Shown here piece after piece: positions 27,901 to 40,800 of a DNA stretch of 64,000 nucleotides. The stretch is taken from NCBI GenBank assembly GCA_965203295.1, contig CBDBCZ010000014.1:928001-992000 (forward strand). Reading direction: 5' to 3'. Every line of letters starts with the position of its first letter. Position 1 is the stretch's first letter. The notes under the pieces were generated by a model, which was given only the letters and a program-made list of their open reading frames with translations, was not told where the DNA came from and searched no databases. Source of the DNA: Nitrospirales bacterium. Its GTDB lineage: Bacteria; Nitrospirota; Nitrospiria; Nitrospirales; UBA8639. The position numbers and the translations under genes are program-made.

Positions 27901-30900
27901 TATACATGTGTATACTCAAGTATACCGTGGTAGACAACCATACCACAGGTAAACAAGTATTCACTGGTATACACGGCTATGCACAAGTGTACACAAGAAC
28001 AAACAGGTATACAGAGGTATACAAATAGGTATACACAACTATACGCGAGTAAAACCAAGTATACACAAGCGTAAGTGTGTATAAACAGGTACAGTCTCAT
28101 AAACTGGTATACACAAGTATATGTGCGTATTTACAAGTATACACAGGTATACGCAGGTACACACAGGTTTACGCGGGTATCTAACTGTGTATAAGCGTTT
28201 AAACAGGTATGCACAAGTATATACGGGTATAAGCACACATCCACATGAACACAAGAATACACAAGGATATTCACGCGTATACTCATGTATACACTGGTAT
28301 ATACAAGTATACACAGGCATAAAAAGGGTACACATGGGTATCTACATTTTATATACACGAGTAAACAGGTATACACAAGTATACGCGGGTATGCACACGT
28401 ATGCACATGTATACAAAGGTATACAAAAACATACACGGTATTTAGTTTTATACACTAGTAAACAGGTATACGCAAGTAACAACAGGTATACACACGTGTG
28501 CACATGTATACAAGGCATACACAAGTATAAAAGGTATAAAGAGGCATCAATGGGTATTTACATTTGTATACACTAGTAAACACAGGTATACTGAAGTATA
28601 CACGGGTATACACACGTAAGCACTCGTATACACAAGAATACACAGGTATACAGTATATACATTTATATACCAGAGTAATCACGAAGTATACGCGGGTTTA
28701 CACACGTATGCAAATGTATAAACAGGTATACACCATATGAACCGGTATAAAGATATATACAAGGGTATTTACATTACCTATCCTTTGTTAACATACTTTT
28801 ATCTCCAGATATGAGCTGTTATCCGGATACTTTGGATGCTAGCTTTCCAAATTCATGACACACTCATCACTGAGTGTATGGCCCTTCTGGTGATGCCAGC
28901 GAGCCATAAAAATGGGCCAGTCATGAACTACCATCTCCTGAAAGAATAAAAGAGAAGGCAGTATACACAAATACACGTGTTTACACAAGCATACACCAGT
29001 AAAAATGACTAATTAAGTATATACATGGGTATAAACAAACATACACAGGAATACAGATGTATACACGGGAATACAAAAGTATACACGGGTAAAAACTATA
29101 CACAGATAAAATTCACCATTAAACTCGGCTTTACACAAGTATACACAATTATACATCTGTATACACAAGTATACACAGTTATGCATACACTAACAAACAA
29201 GGGTATACACAAATATAGACAAGTATACACAGGTATGCCTAAATCAGCGAACACGGGTATACACAAATATGCACAAGTATACACAGGTTAACAGAAGTAT
29301 ACATGGGTATATACAAGCATACACGAGTATACACAATGATATGCTCAAATACACAAGTATGCACAGGTATACAAAGGCTCATACAGGTTTAAACCAGGTA
29401 TACACAAGTATACACAAGATTACACGGGTATACACAAGTTTACACAAGTTTACACAAGTTTACACAAGTTTACACTTCTATACACATGTATGCACAAGTA
29501 TATACAAGTATACACAAGTATACACGTGTTTACACGTGTTTACACGTGTTTACACAAGTAAACACAAGTACACACATGTATACACAGGTATACGGAAGTA
29601 TACAAAGGTATAAAGAGGTATTCATGAATATCTACATTTGTATACTCGAGTAAACCCAGGCAACCACAAGTATACGCAGGTATACACAATATGCACATGT
29701 ATACACAGGCACAAACAAGTATACACAAGTATAAAGAGGTACACACGGGTACCTAAATTTGTATACACGAGTTAACACAGGTATACACAGGTATACGTAG
29801 GTATACGCACGAGTGCAGAAGTATACACAGGTATGCATAAGTACACACAGGTATAAACTGGTATATACGAATATTTACATTTGTATACACAAGTAAACAT
29901 AGGTAAACACAAGTATACACTAGTATAAAGAGGTATACTCGGGTATCTACATTTATATACAAAAGTATACACGTGTATACTCAAGTATACCGTGGTAGAC
30001 ACAACCATACCACAGGTAAACAAGTATTCACTGGTATACACGGCTATGCACAAGTGTACACAAGAATAGACAGGTATACAGAGGTATACAAATAGGTATA
30101 CACAACTATACGCGAGTAAAACCAAGTATACACAAGCGTAAGTGTGTATAAACAGGTACAGTCTCATAAACTGGTATACACAAGTATATGTGCATATTTA
30201 CATGTATACACAGGTATACGCAGGTACACACAGGTTTACGCGGGTATCTAACTGTGTATAAACGTTTAAACAGGTATGCACAAGTATACGCGGGTATAAG
30301 CACACATCCACATGAACACAAGAATACACAAGGATATTCACGCGTATACTCATGTATACACTGGTATATACAAGTATACACAGGCACAAAAAGGCTACAC
30401 ATAGGTATCTACATTTACACACGTATGCAATGTATAAACAGGTATACACTATATGAACCGGTATAAAGATATATACAAGGGTATCTACATTACCTATCCT
30501 TTGTTAACATACTTTTATCCCCAGATATGAGCTGTTATCCTGATACTTTGGATGCTAGTGCTCCAAATTTATGACACACACATCACTGAGTGTATGGCCC
30601 TTCCGGTGTTGCCAGCGAGCCATAGAAATCAGCCAGTCATGAACTACCATCTCCTGAAGGAATAAAAGAGAAGGCAGTATACTCGTATACACAAGTATAC
30701 ACATGTGTATAAACGTTTAAACAGGTATGCACAAGTATACGCGGTATAAGCACACATCCACATGAACACAAGAATACACAAGGATATTCACGCGTATACT
30801 CATGCATACACTGGTATATACAAGTATACACAGGCATAAAAAGGGTACACATGGGTATCTACATTTTATATACACGAGTAAACAGGCATACACAAGTATA

Positions 30901-32517
30901 CGCGGGTATGCACACGTATGCACATGTATACACAGGTATACAAAAACAAACACGGTATTTACAGTTTTATACACTAGTAAACACAGGTATACACAAGTAA
31001 AAACAGGAATACACACGTGTGCGCATGTATACAAGGCATACACAAGTATACAAAGGTATAAAGAGGCATAAATTGGTATTTACAATTGTATACACTAGTA
31101 AATACAGGTATACTCAAGTACACACGGGTATACACACGTATGCACTCGTATACACAAGTATACACAGGTATAAAGTATATACATTTATATACTGGAGTAA
31201 TCGCAGGTATTCCAAAGTATGCGCGGGTTTACACACGTATGCAAATGTATAAACAGGTATACACTATATGAACTGGTATAAAGATATATACAAGGGTATC
31301 CACATTACCTATCCTTTGTTAACATACTTTTATCCCCAGATATGAGCTGTTATCCTGATACTTTGGATGCTAGTGTTCCAAATTCATGACACACACATCA
31401 CTGAGTTTATGGCCCTTCTGGTGATGCCAGCGAACCATGAAAATGGGCCAGTCATGAACTACCATCTCCTGAAAGAATAAAAGAGAAGGCAGTATACACA
31501 AGTACACGTGTTTACACAAGCATACACAAGTAAAAACGACGTAATTAAGTATATACACGGGTATACACATGCATACACAGGAATACAGATGTATACACGG
31601 GAATACAAAAGTATACACGGGTAAACAAATATACACAGATAAAATTCACCATTAAACACGGCTTTACACAAGTATACACAATTATACATGTGTATACACA
31701 AGTATACACAGTTATGCATACACCAACAAACAAGGGTATACACAAATATGGACAAGTATACACAGGTATGCCTACATCAGCAAACAAGGGTATACACAAA
31801 TATGCACAAGTATACACAGGTTAACAGAAGTATACATGGGTATATACGAGCATACACGAGTATACACAATTATACGCTGAAATACACAAGTATGCACAGG
31901 TATACAAAGTATACACAAGATTACACGGGTATACACAAGTATACACAAGTTTACACAAATTTACACGTCTATACACATGTTGCACAGGTATACACAAGTA
32001 TACACAAATATACACGTGTTTACACGTGTTTACACAAGTAAACACAAGTGCACACATGTATTCCCAGGTATACAGAAGTATATAAAGGCATAAAGAGGTA
32101 TTCACGGATATCTACATGAGTAAACACAGGTATACACAAGGAAATGTGGGTATACAGACATATGCACACGTATACACAGTTATACACAAGTATACACAGG
32201 TATAAGGAAGTATACACGGGTATATACATTTGTATACACGAGTAAATACAGGTACACACAAGCATACGTAGGTATACACACGTATGAACATGTATACACA
32301 AGCATACACAAGTACACACAGGTATAAAGAGATATACACAGGTATCTACATTTGTGTACACGAGTAACACAGGTACGCTCAAGTATATGCGGGTACACAC
32401 ACGTATGCACAAGTAAACACAGGTATACACAAGTATACGCAGGCATACACACGTATGCACATGTATACACAGGTATACACAAGTATATATATACACATGT
32501 ATAAAGAGGTATACACG
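18911..32517 (-). repeat. Right arm: inverted 10-bp minisatellite with nine cassettes and a ~4.5-kb internal tandem duplication
   Basis: rgtatacaca repeats. Cassettes at ~18955-19170 (diverged), 20190-20385, 22232-22420, 24257-24445, 25962-26150, 26737-26925, 28773-28960, 30488-30675, 31302-31490. Identical ORFs offset by 4516-4526 nt. Confidence 0.92.
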
Positions 32518-32617
32518 GTAGTATCCCACTGCGTGGGCGGTTCAAAAGTGTCGCATGCACATGTATACTATAAACCCCAGCTGTCTAGGGTTTATCTAGA
32601 TAAACCCCATGCCATGC
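32518..32617 (-). repeat. Right terminal inverted repeat
   Basis: ...gcgtgggcggttcaaaagtgtcgcatgcacatgtatactataaaccccagctgtctagggtttatctagataaaccccatgccatgc. Confidence 0.9.
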
Positions 32618-32971
32618 AAGTGCAAAAGTTCACAAGATATAAACACTCAATCAAATCAAGCATCTTCTACAAGCTGGTCAACCTCTTCACAATCCTTATG
32701 ATGAAGGAAAGGATGAAGGGGTGTTTACAACATTTGTAACTAGGTTACCCTGTGGGCAATTATTGATTGTTCCACCAATAGATGCCAAAAACAAGCTCTG
32801 AAGGTTGAAATTTGGTGGTACACATACATGTGATGATACATGGGTTTGTGACTTAACCGATGACTAATGAACTTTTGATAATGGCCTAGACTGAGCAGGT
32901 ACAAGACTATCAGGGTATGACTACTCTGCAGGCAAAACGAGCATGTGTGAAATAGTCTATTGCTTTTGTTC

Positions 32972-34279
32972 ACTGGTACGTTCATAGTGATCTATGCCCT
33001 GTTCTCCGCTGTATTTCCCTTTCTGGAACCTCCCCAGTGTACAATGCAGTAGCTCCAGTTACTCGTAGCAAGTGGTTTGTTTTACGCTCCTGCCCACCAG
33101 CTCCTTCAAACATTGCTGCAACCATACCATTCAACTTGTGTTTTCCAAATGGCTAACAATTATATCATGATGGTGCTGGATCATCAGGAACCTGATTCTT
33201 TGGTTGCATATACAGAATATCTTTTTCAAACGCAATTGGCGGTAATTATTAAGGTAGAAATAAAGAAGGTAAACCAAGCACCGCTCCCCATCAGCTGGTG
33301 AAGCATAACCATGGACAACTTTATTCTCAGCGTCTAGCTGCTTCAAACCACCAGTTTGATTCTTGCTTCCTGTTTCCACGTAGACGTACCAATCGGGGTT
33401 GCTCTTACGAATCAACTGGCTAGGCTTTAATTCGCACTGGTCTTCACCTCCCCGTAAACAAAACACCTTCCCAACAGAAAAAAAACACAGCTCTTTGCAA
33501 CATCAGTGGATTTGAAGTGCCGAGTATCTTTTTATCCCAAAGTATGCTTTCTTCTTCCTTGGAAGTAGAAGCAGTTTTGTTAGGGCTAATTAGCTCCAAC
33601 ACCCTTCTCTCGCAGCTGCCTGAACACAGACTCACATGTGCTGTGAAGCTCGCTAAAACGGCCATCTTGCCCTCGAGAAAGTTTGGGGTAAATGGGTCTC
33701 TCTGCTTCATGTAACACAAAATACCGCACAAAAGCTGATAATTGCTCTTCGGTGAATACAAAGAACCGTCAGCCTTTCTGACCTCACTTACAAAAAGGGA
33801 TAACCCGTGGAAAAGTGTACCAATATCACAGGGTGCTTGAAGTAGTTCATCGAGAACGGGATTTCTCCAAACACATCTAGCCACTTGCCACTGCTCAAAA
33901 ACTCGCACGGCCCACTGCGTGATCTTCTCTGTGTACTGAGGTACATATCCCTTTGATTAATTGGTAAGCTTTTCCACATGATGTATCGACAAAACGATTT
34001 TTGACTTCCTTCTTACCCTTCACTTTCTATAAGCGACAAGCTCACTTTGCCACGTAGCTTCACAGAACCCTCGCTTGTGTGCTGATTCTCTTTCTCAGCT
34101 AACTTGGGTTGCTTCTTTGGGGGTAAAAAGTCGGCCATATAATCACGATCGATCATCACACTCGGGCCACTGACTGTAGCAGCACGCATTGGCGTGTAAT
34201 CTGGAGCCTTATCACCAAAATTCTTGCAACAACAAAAGTCTAAACTGAGACAAAATTCGCTAGGTATAGCCAACGGCAT
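32972..34279 (-). pseudogene. Crypton-type tyrosine recombinase (DUF3504/ZMYM-KCTD1-like), frameshifted
   Basis: Fragments across frames: WAVRVFEQW, LSLFVSEVRKADGSLYSPKS, LWDKKILGTSNPLMLQRAVFF, FCLRGGEDQ..L, YVETGSKNQTGGL, then TNHLLRVTGATALY..EVPEREIQRRTGHRSL*TY (catalytic R, HxxR, H, Y). Has stops and frameshifts. Confidence 0.88.
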
Positions 34280-34463
34280 AGTTAGCTACAGTTTGCTAAT
34301 AGCGATTCAAACTAGCTGGCAACCAAATCGCATTCGTGTTGCATTGAATACGCATAGCAAACTTGACGTCATACTTATTGAATAGGATTGCTGCATGGAT
34401 ACACTAAGAAACGGTGACGACTTGTGCATCCGGTTGCTAGGCTACCTATGGGATACAAGCCAT

Positions 34464-34576
34464 TTAGACTGCCACAAACATGGGTTTATGGCAAAACACT
34501 CGGTCAGTACTGATAACCTTCCTCGGTGAATACTGACCTCGTGTATTTGCCATAAACCCTAGAAGTGGAAGTCTAA
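34464..34576. repeat. Imperfect hairpin upstream of the recombinase, probable element end
   Basis: ttagactgccac..gggtttatggcaaaacac.cggtcagta pairs with tactgacctcgtgtatttgccataaaccc....gtggaagtctaa. Confidence 0.75.
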
Positions 34577-34584
34577 GTAATATG

Positions 34585-35280
34585 TACTTACATTTTGTAT
34601 ACACGAGTAAACACAGCTATGCACAAGTATACACAGGTATACATATGTATTCACATGTATACATAGGTATACACAAGTAAACACAGGTATACACGGTATC
34701 TACATTTGTATACACGAGTAAACACAGGTATACATAAGAATACGTTGGCATAAACACGTATGCACATGTATACACAGGTACTATGCACGAGTAAACACAG
34801 TTAAACACAAGTATACACGGGTATCAACACGTATGCATCATGTATACACGTGGTATACACAATTATAAAGAAGTATACACAAGTATACACAAGTATACAC
34901 AAGTTTACATGGGTATACACATGTATACACAGGAGTATACACAGGTAAACACGGGTATACACAAGTATACACGGGTATACACAAGTATACATAGTACACG
35001 GACAAACACGGGTATACACAAGAATACACAGGTATACAGGTATACCCGGGTATGCACGGGCATAAACGGGTAAACATAAAAATACACAATTATACACAGG
35101 TATACTGTGGTATACATGAGTATATACAGGTACAGACGGGTATACACAAGCACGCACAGGTATACACAAGTATAAACGGGTACACACAGATATACATAGG
35201 TTTACACTGGTGTACACAAGTATACACAGGTATACACAGGTATACCCTGGTATACCTCTGTATACCTGTGTATATACTGC
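34585..35280 (-). repeat. Orphan patch of the TGTGTATAC minisatellite outside the foldback element
   Basis: tatacacaag/tatacacagg repeats, more degenerate, without the 190-bp cassette. Confidence 0.85.
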
Positions 35281-35539
35281 TTCTCTTGCTGGAAGCAGCA
35301 TTCTAATTAGAGGGCTTGCACACTAGAATATTTGTATGTACGGATCTAGAAATGTAGCAGACCCACCTCAATATAATCTAGCCAAAGCGCCTCCTAATGC
35401 AGACACCTCTCATCACATACCTTCATGATCAGGCCCCCGGTAGAGGGTAGAGATATTATCGTAAACTACGTATTATCCTCCCATGATGTATTATTCGCCC
35501 ATCCCCCTCTTTGAGTCAAAAGTATGTCAGAGGATCTCC

Positions 35540-36500
35540 TGTCTTCCTCACGAAGAGCACTTTTGTGGTGCCACGAGATGCTCTTCTCACTGCACCGGGT
35601 ATTGCTATGCACTATGTAGCATATTCCCCAGCCACACTGGGGAACAAGGCTCTTCACTACGGTCCACATACATACCCAGAGTGACTTCTTGCTGGCTGAA
35701 GGTCAAGCATTCCTGGAAGTCTTCATAAGATGAGGTGGGTCTGAGAAGCAGAATAGCTGCCTATCTTCCGAGGTAAAAGGGCTTGGTACGTTGTGCACCA
35801 TTTCAGGTCCAGCACTATGCAACTTCATGAGCACACGATTCACAGAGTTGCCATCTAAAGTAGCTCCTAATACCTGAATAGATAAGCATAAACTGTGAAC
35901 TGCTATATATATGCAAAGATGCGTTAATGTACTAACCTTCAGGCCACGACTTTCAATTCTGCCCACAGCATCCCAGAATGGAGTGTACAGCTTCTCTCCT
36001 GTCAGAGTACTGCATGGGATCTAAGGACAGGGGACCTAAAACTTGTTGAACAGTCCCAACAACATGAAAACTACCACAGATATCGCCGAAAACAGTGGTT
36101 GTACACCACCACTGAGAGCCGTTTCGTATGTACCCAGGTGATCATTGATGTTGCCAAGGTTGGTGAAACCAATAAGTTCACCAGTGTGCTTGTAATAAAC
36201 AAGGTCTTCGCATACATGCATCTCATCCAGAATCAGCTAAGCATACTTGATGCGCTCGGGACAGCCCTTCACCTCAGCAGCTTCAACCAGCATGTCGTTG
36301 ACTTTCTCAGGACTTGCAATGGCATAAATGCATGTAGTCATGCAAGGTGTGTTAATATTAAGAAAAGACAATACTGCCGACTGTATCATTAAAGTACCCT
36401 TACGGAACGATGATGGATGTACAAGTGCCATCTAAACATGCTGTTGCCAAAATAGCTCCTGAGAGGAGGAAGCACTATGTCACCGATTGAAGGTTTCTTG
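35540..36500 (-). pseudogene. P-element/THAP9-like DDE transposase relic with introns
   Basis: FWQQ, (LDE)MHVCEDLVYYKHTGELIGFTNLG, LYTPFWDAVGRIESRGLK, intron, VLGATLDGNSVNR, FCFSDPPHLMKTSRN, ISWHH. Has in-frame stops. Confidence 0.82.
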
Positions 36501-37822
36501 GTTGGCTGGCTATCCGTGAATTACCAATTATTCCACTTCTCCGGCCATTGATAAACTAAGAACTTTCCTTTTGCCAACGTTTCCACCAACTGCGTTGCCT
36601 TCTTCAGGGCACCGAAATACACAGAAAACTATGCAAATCAAACCAATTAGCAACGCTGCAAATCGAGCCCCGCCTCTTGATGACGTCATTTTCCGGAGCG
36701 TTAGATATGACTATAATATGGACCGGACCAACGGATCCATTGATTTATCATGCACACGACTATGGTCCGTGAAGTAGTCATTATACGTAAGCTATATTAC
36801 GGTAGTCATTATAGGCTATTTATTATAAATAGCAAGCTTGTTATAATGCGCGTCATCAAGAAAACTGAAAGGCAGGCGATGTCGTGCACAATGAGCGCTG
36901 TAAGTTATTCCAGCGGTGGGGGAGAGCGGGAATGTTTCACATGCACCCTCCCCAAATAAACCCTTGCTGTTTTGTACGGTGGCCGAGAAGGTTCACCCGC
37001 CGCGGGCACAGCAGGCATGGGCGGGTACCGCAGCCGGGGCATGGGCGGGTACCGCCGCGGGCAGGGGCTGGTACCGCCGCGGGTATGAGTGCACGGCAGC
37101 TACGTACGGAAGGCACTGTATTCTCTGGGAAAAGGTTGGGCTCATTACCTGGGATTGATCTATGCTAAAGGCCCAGCCAATTCTTAATGTATAGCTGATA
37201 TAAATGTAAGTCAGCAAGCCATGAATAAGTCCTGCATTCAAGGGCTAATCATGGCATCTGTGAGCTAGCATGTGGTAATTTAAAACTGGTTAGATAAGCA
37301 GCATGCAACCTCTGTTCGACGGTAATATTCAATACTGAACATGTATATTATAGCAAGCAAATGGAGTATATTATTTTATAGAGAGTACTACAGTCTTGAT
37401 TGTAACGGATCATGCCATGGATGTCTTGCCATCAAAAGCTCGTATCATTCCTGGCCACCGTACCAGGACATAACCTATAAAATTCGAGATACATAATGGT
37501 GATTGCATGCAAATAGCATGATCATTAAAGTAATATAATATATCTTACTTGGTCAGTGGCAAGCCTCTTGTCATTCAACTTATCATCCATCACATGCTCA
37601 TGCAGTCTACACAAGAGAGGGAGAGAGAGAGGGAGATAAGATACTGCAGCATTAAAGAAATTTCTCCTAATGCTAATCAGATTCTAGCCCTCCCATTTAG
37701 CACTGAAGACCTTCATATACCATGTATAGGTTTCCAGAACTACCTACATGTATACAAGAAAAATACACTGCTAGCTACATGCAGTAAATTGTAGACTATA
37801 AGGTAACATGGGGTAATTCCGG

Positions 37823-40800
37823 TGTCAAGGTATTTTGGGGACCCCCTAAATTGGGGACCCGGGGTCCCTAAACTACCGGTAGAATGGGGACCCCGTCCCC
37901 ATTCTACCGGTAGTTTAGGGACCCCGGGTCCCCAATTTACCGGTATAATAGGGACCCCTTCGTGAAAATAGGGACCCTTAGGGGTCCCTATTCTACCGGT
38001 AAATTGGGGACCCGGGGTCCCTAAACTACCGGTAGAATGGGGACCCCTCTGCCCATTCTACCGGTATAATGGGCCAGATTTTGCGTAGACATATTAGCTA
38101 TGTCACGCTTATAGCAATATTATTAAAGTATTGTAAGTTTCTAAGATCATTCCATGTGCAATAAAAATGCAGTCACAAATGTAGTGGGTGCATATACAAA
38201 GTAAACAAAACAGATACTTATACACAATGCAAATTAAAGTAACTAAACAATACTGTAACATAGATTGACATATAGCTATGTCACGCTTATAATAATATTA
38301 TTAAAGTATTTAAGTTTCTATTAAGATCATGCCATGTGCAATAAAAATGCAGTCACAAATGTAGTGTGTGCATACAAAGTAAACAAAACATACAATGCAA
38401 TTTAAAGTAACTAAACAATACACAAATTAAAGTAACTAAACAATACATAGACATATAGCTATGCATGCAATAACAAATGAAGTGGTAGCTATACTTACAA
38501 CAGACAGGAAGGACATACATAATGTTCAGGTTCCTTCCTGATTCCTACGCACTTAAAATGATACCAGGTGTCACAGTCATCACACTGAACCATTCTTGTA
38601 TCGTAGCTCTCTGGCATCTTACATGTGCAGTATAAATGAATGAAAATGTGTTTTTTGTGCTCACTGTAGTGCTCTGGCCAGCTTCGAGTGTTGGGAATGG
38701 TGCCAGAGCCTGTGCTTCAAAACAGCGCAGAAGATGTTGCCTCATTTGGCTCTGGTCCAGTCGAAGTCGGCCTGGATTGTCCCCCCTTGCTCTGTGATAG
38801 GCTGTAGCGATGCTGAAGAGCCCACAGTCGACCATTCCTTCCTGCTGCTGGCAAGGAACTCTGGTAACTAGAATGGCACCATTGGTCTGGAACTTTCCAT
38901 AGATCTGTGCGATTTGCTCTTCTAATGTAGACGGCAGTGTGCTGCTGAACATGCTGTCAAATAACTGGACTTCTCCCTTGTGGAGAGCAGTGGTTACCCA
39001 GTGTCCATGGCCATTGTAGAGAATTTGGATTGCTGTAAAATAAGTGAAAAGTCATGTGTTACTGTATGAATGTATTTATGTACAATATTATGCTAGACAC
39101 TTACAATCCTTGGTTACTTGGCTAAATCCATTTGTTTGTGCCAGAAGTGTGGTTTGTAGACCATCAAGATGAGGAAATTGCTTCTGTAGCAATATATGTG
39201 CAGCATGCATATGCTTGTCAGTAAGCATTTGACCATTCTGAAGCTTTTGCCGATCCAAAATGGACAGGTCCAATTCCTGAATCCATTTCTGTAATAGAAT
39301 ACAAGGGGGTAATTAACTACCATTGTCAATAAATGCTATAATATATATATATATATATATTTAATATACATAACTATATCTTATATATAATATAATAATA
39401 TATATAGCTAGATTAGTGTATAGCTATACCTCTGGCGTTGAACTTGGCTTCTTTCTGCACGGTCTCTTTGGTGGAGGGCGATCATTTTCATCATCAGGCT
39501 ATAATATGAGGAAGTGACATTGTATAAGTACTGAGATCATTAAGCAATAGTTTCTTTCCTTACATCGCTCCTTTTCTTGTAAAGCTTCAACCTATTGATA
39601 TTGACCTTCTGCTTCATCAGCTCGCCTTCCTTGTTCTTGAGCTCATAGACTCCTTTGCCTACATGTCGATGAATGGTGTATGGACCAAGAAAAGCTGGCT
39701 CCATCTTCCCTCCTTTGCGCTGTTTCTGTTTCGTATTCTCCACCAACACTGTCACACCAACTGCAAGAGCCTATGTATGGTATTGTTAGTTGGTAAATCA
39801 CACAATTTGTTACACAATTTATGTTAACTAACTTGTTGCTGATGCTTGCGATCATAGGTCTCTTTTTGTTGTTTCTGTGCAGTGGTGATATTGGCCTCCA
39901 CTTTTTTGAACGCTTGTTCCCTCACCGTCATCAGCTGGGAGATTACTCGCTCAACTTCTTCACAGTCAACTTCTTCACTGGCATTCTCATCTGCAAGGAG
40001 CACTAAACATAAGAGCATGCATTAATCTAATGCATTTTAGTGTTTACCTGCAGGTGGCATGACTTCACAGTCTACGGGAAGCCTCATGTTCTGCTGAAAA
40101 AGCATGAAGTAAGGGGAGTGCTTCGTTGTTGTCTGACGAGAAGCTCGATATCCCATGAGGACTGTGTCTATTTTTAGATCCCAGTCACTCTGAGCATCAT
40201 CGATGATTTTGGCCAAACATCTTGACAGAGTCTGGTTGAATCTCTCTGTCAATCCGTTGGTCTAAAGAAAAGAAAAGGTACAATTGACATATATACACAC
40301 CACTGCATACTGCATGCACACATACCTGTGGATGGTAAGCACTAGTTATTCTGTGTTCTGTCTGTGTGATTGTGTACAGCTCCTGTGAGACTTCATTTAC
40401 GAATTCCCTGCCCTGATCGGTTATGAGTACCTCAGGACATCCGTACCGACACATCACCTGTGGAAGACATTATTTTAGTGACTTAATAACATAAGTTGTA
40501 TACAACATGTAATATTGCGATACACAATTGACAATTAACTTACTGAATAGATGAATCGTGCTACCCCAATTGCTGTCTTGTTTTGAAGTGGTGCGGCCTC
40601 TGCCCACTTGGAGAAGTAATCGGTGAGGGTTATGATATACTTATTCCCTCTGGGTGTCTCTGTGAGTGGGCCAATCAAATCCATCCCCACTTGGTGCCAT
40701 ATCTTGGAAGTGACTGGCACTGGATGGAGGACACCTGAAGCCTTCTGGAGCTTCTTGTTGTTTCTCTGACACTGGTCACATGACTCAACCTGAGGGCATA

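Larger units (their letters stand above)
1..32617. mobile_element. Giant non-coding foldback (long inverted-repeat) element, ~32.6 kb, putatively a non-autonomous DNA transposon
   Basis: 1-~100 (gcatggcatggggtttatctagataaaccctagacagctggggtttatagtatacatgtgcatgcgacacttttgaaccgcccacgc) is the reverse complement of ~32520-32617. Mirror ORFs sum to a constant (574+32041, 979+31636, 1344+31271 = 32615). Symmetry continues inward to ~8960/18040. The left boundary may lie outside the window; no TSD is visible. Confidence 0.85.

Noticed and set aside
58..32560. Dozens of V/Y/T/C/I/H-rich ORFs in the arms
   Set aside because: They are translations of the 10-bp minisatellite, occur in all frames and on both strands, and have no domain signal.
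1..32617. Foldback (chimeric-read) assembly artefact
   Set aside because: The arms differ in length, unit order and sequence, and the centre is not palindromic, unlike a read-through artefact. Read-level confirmation is still needed.
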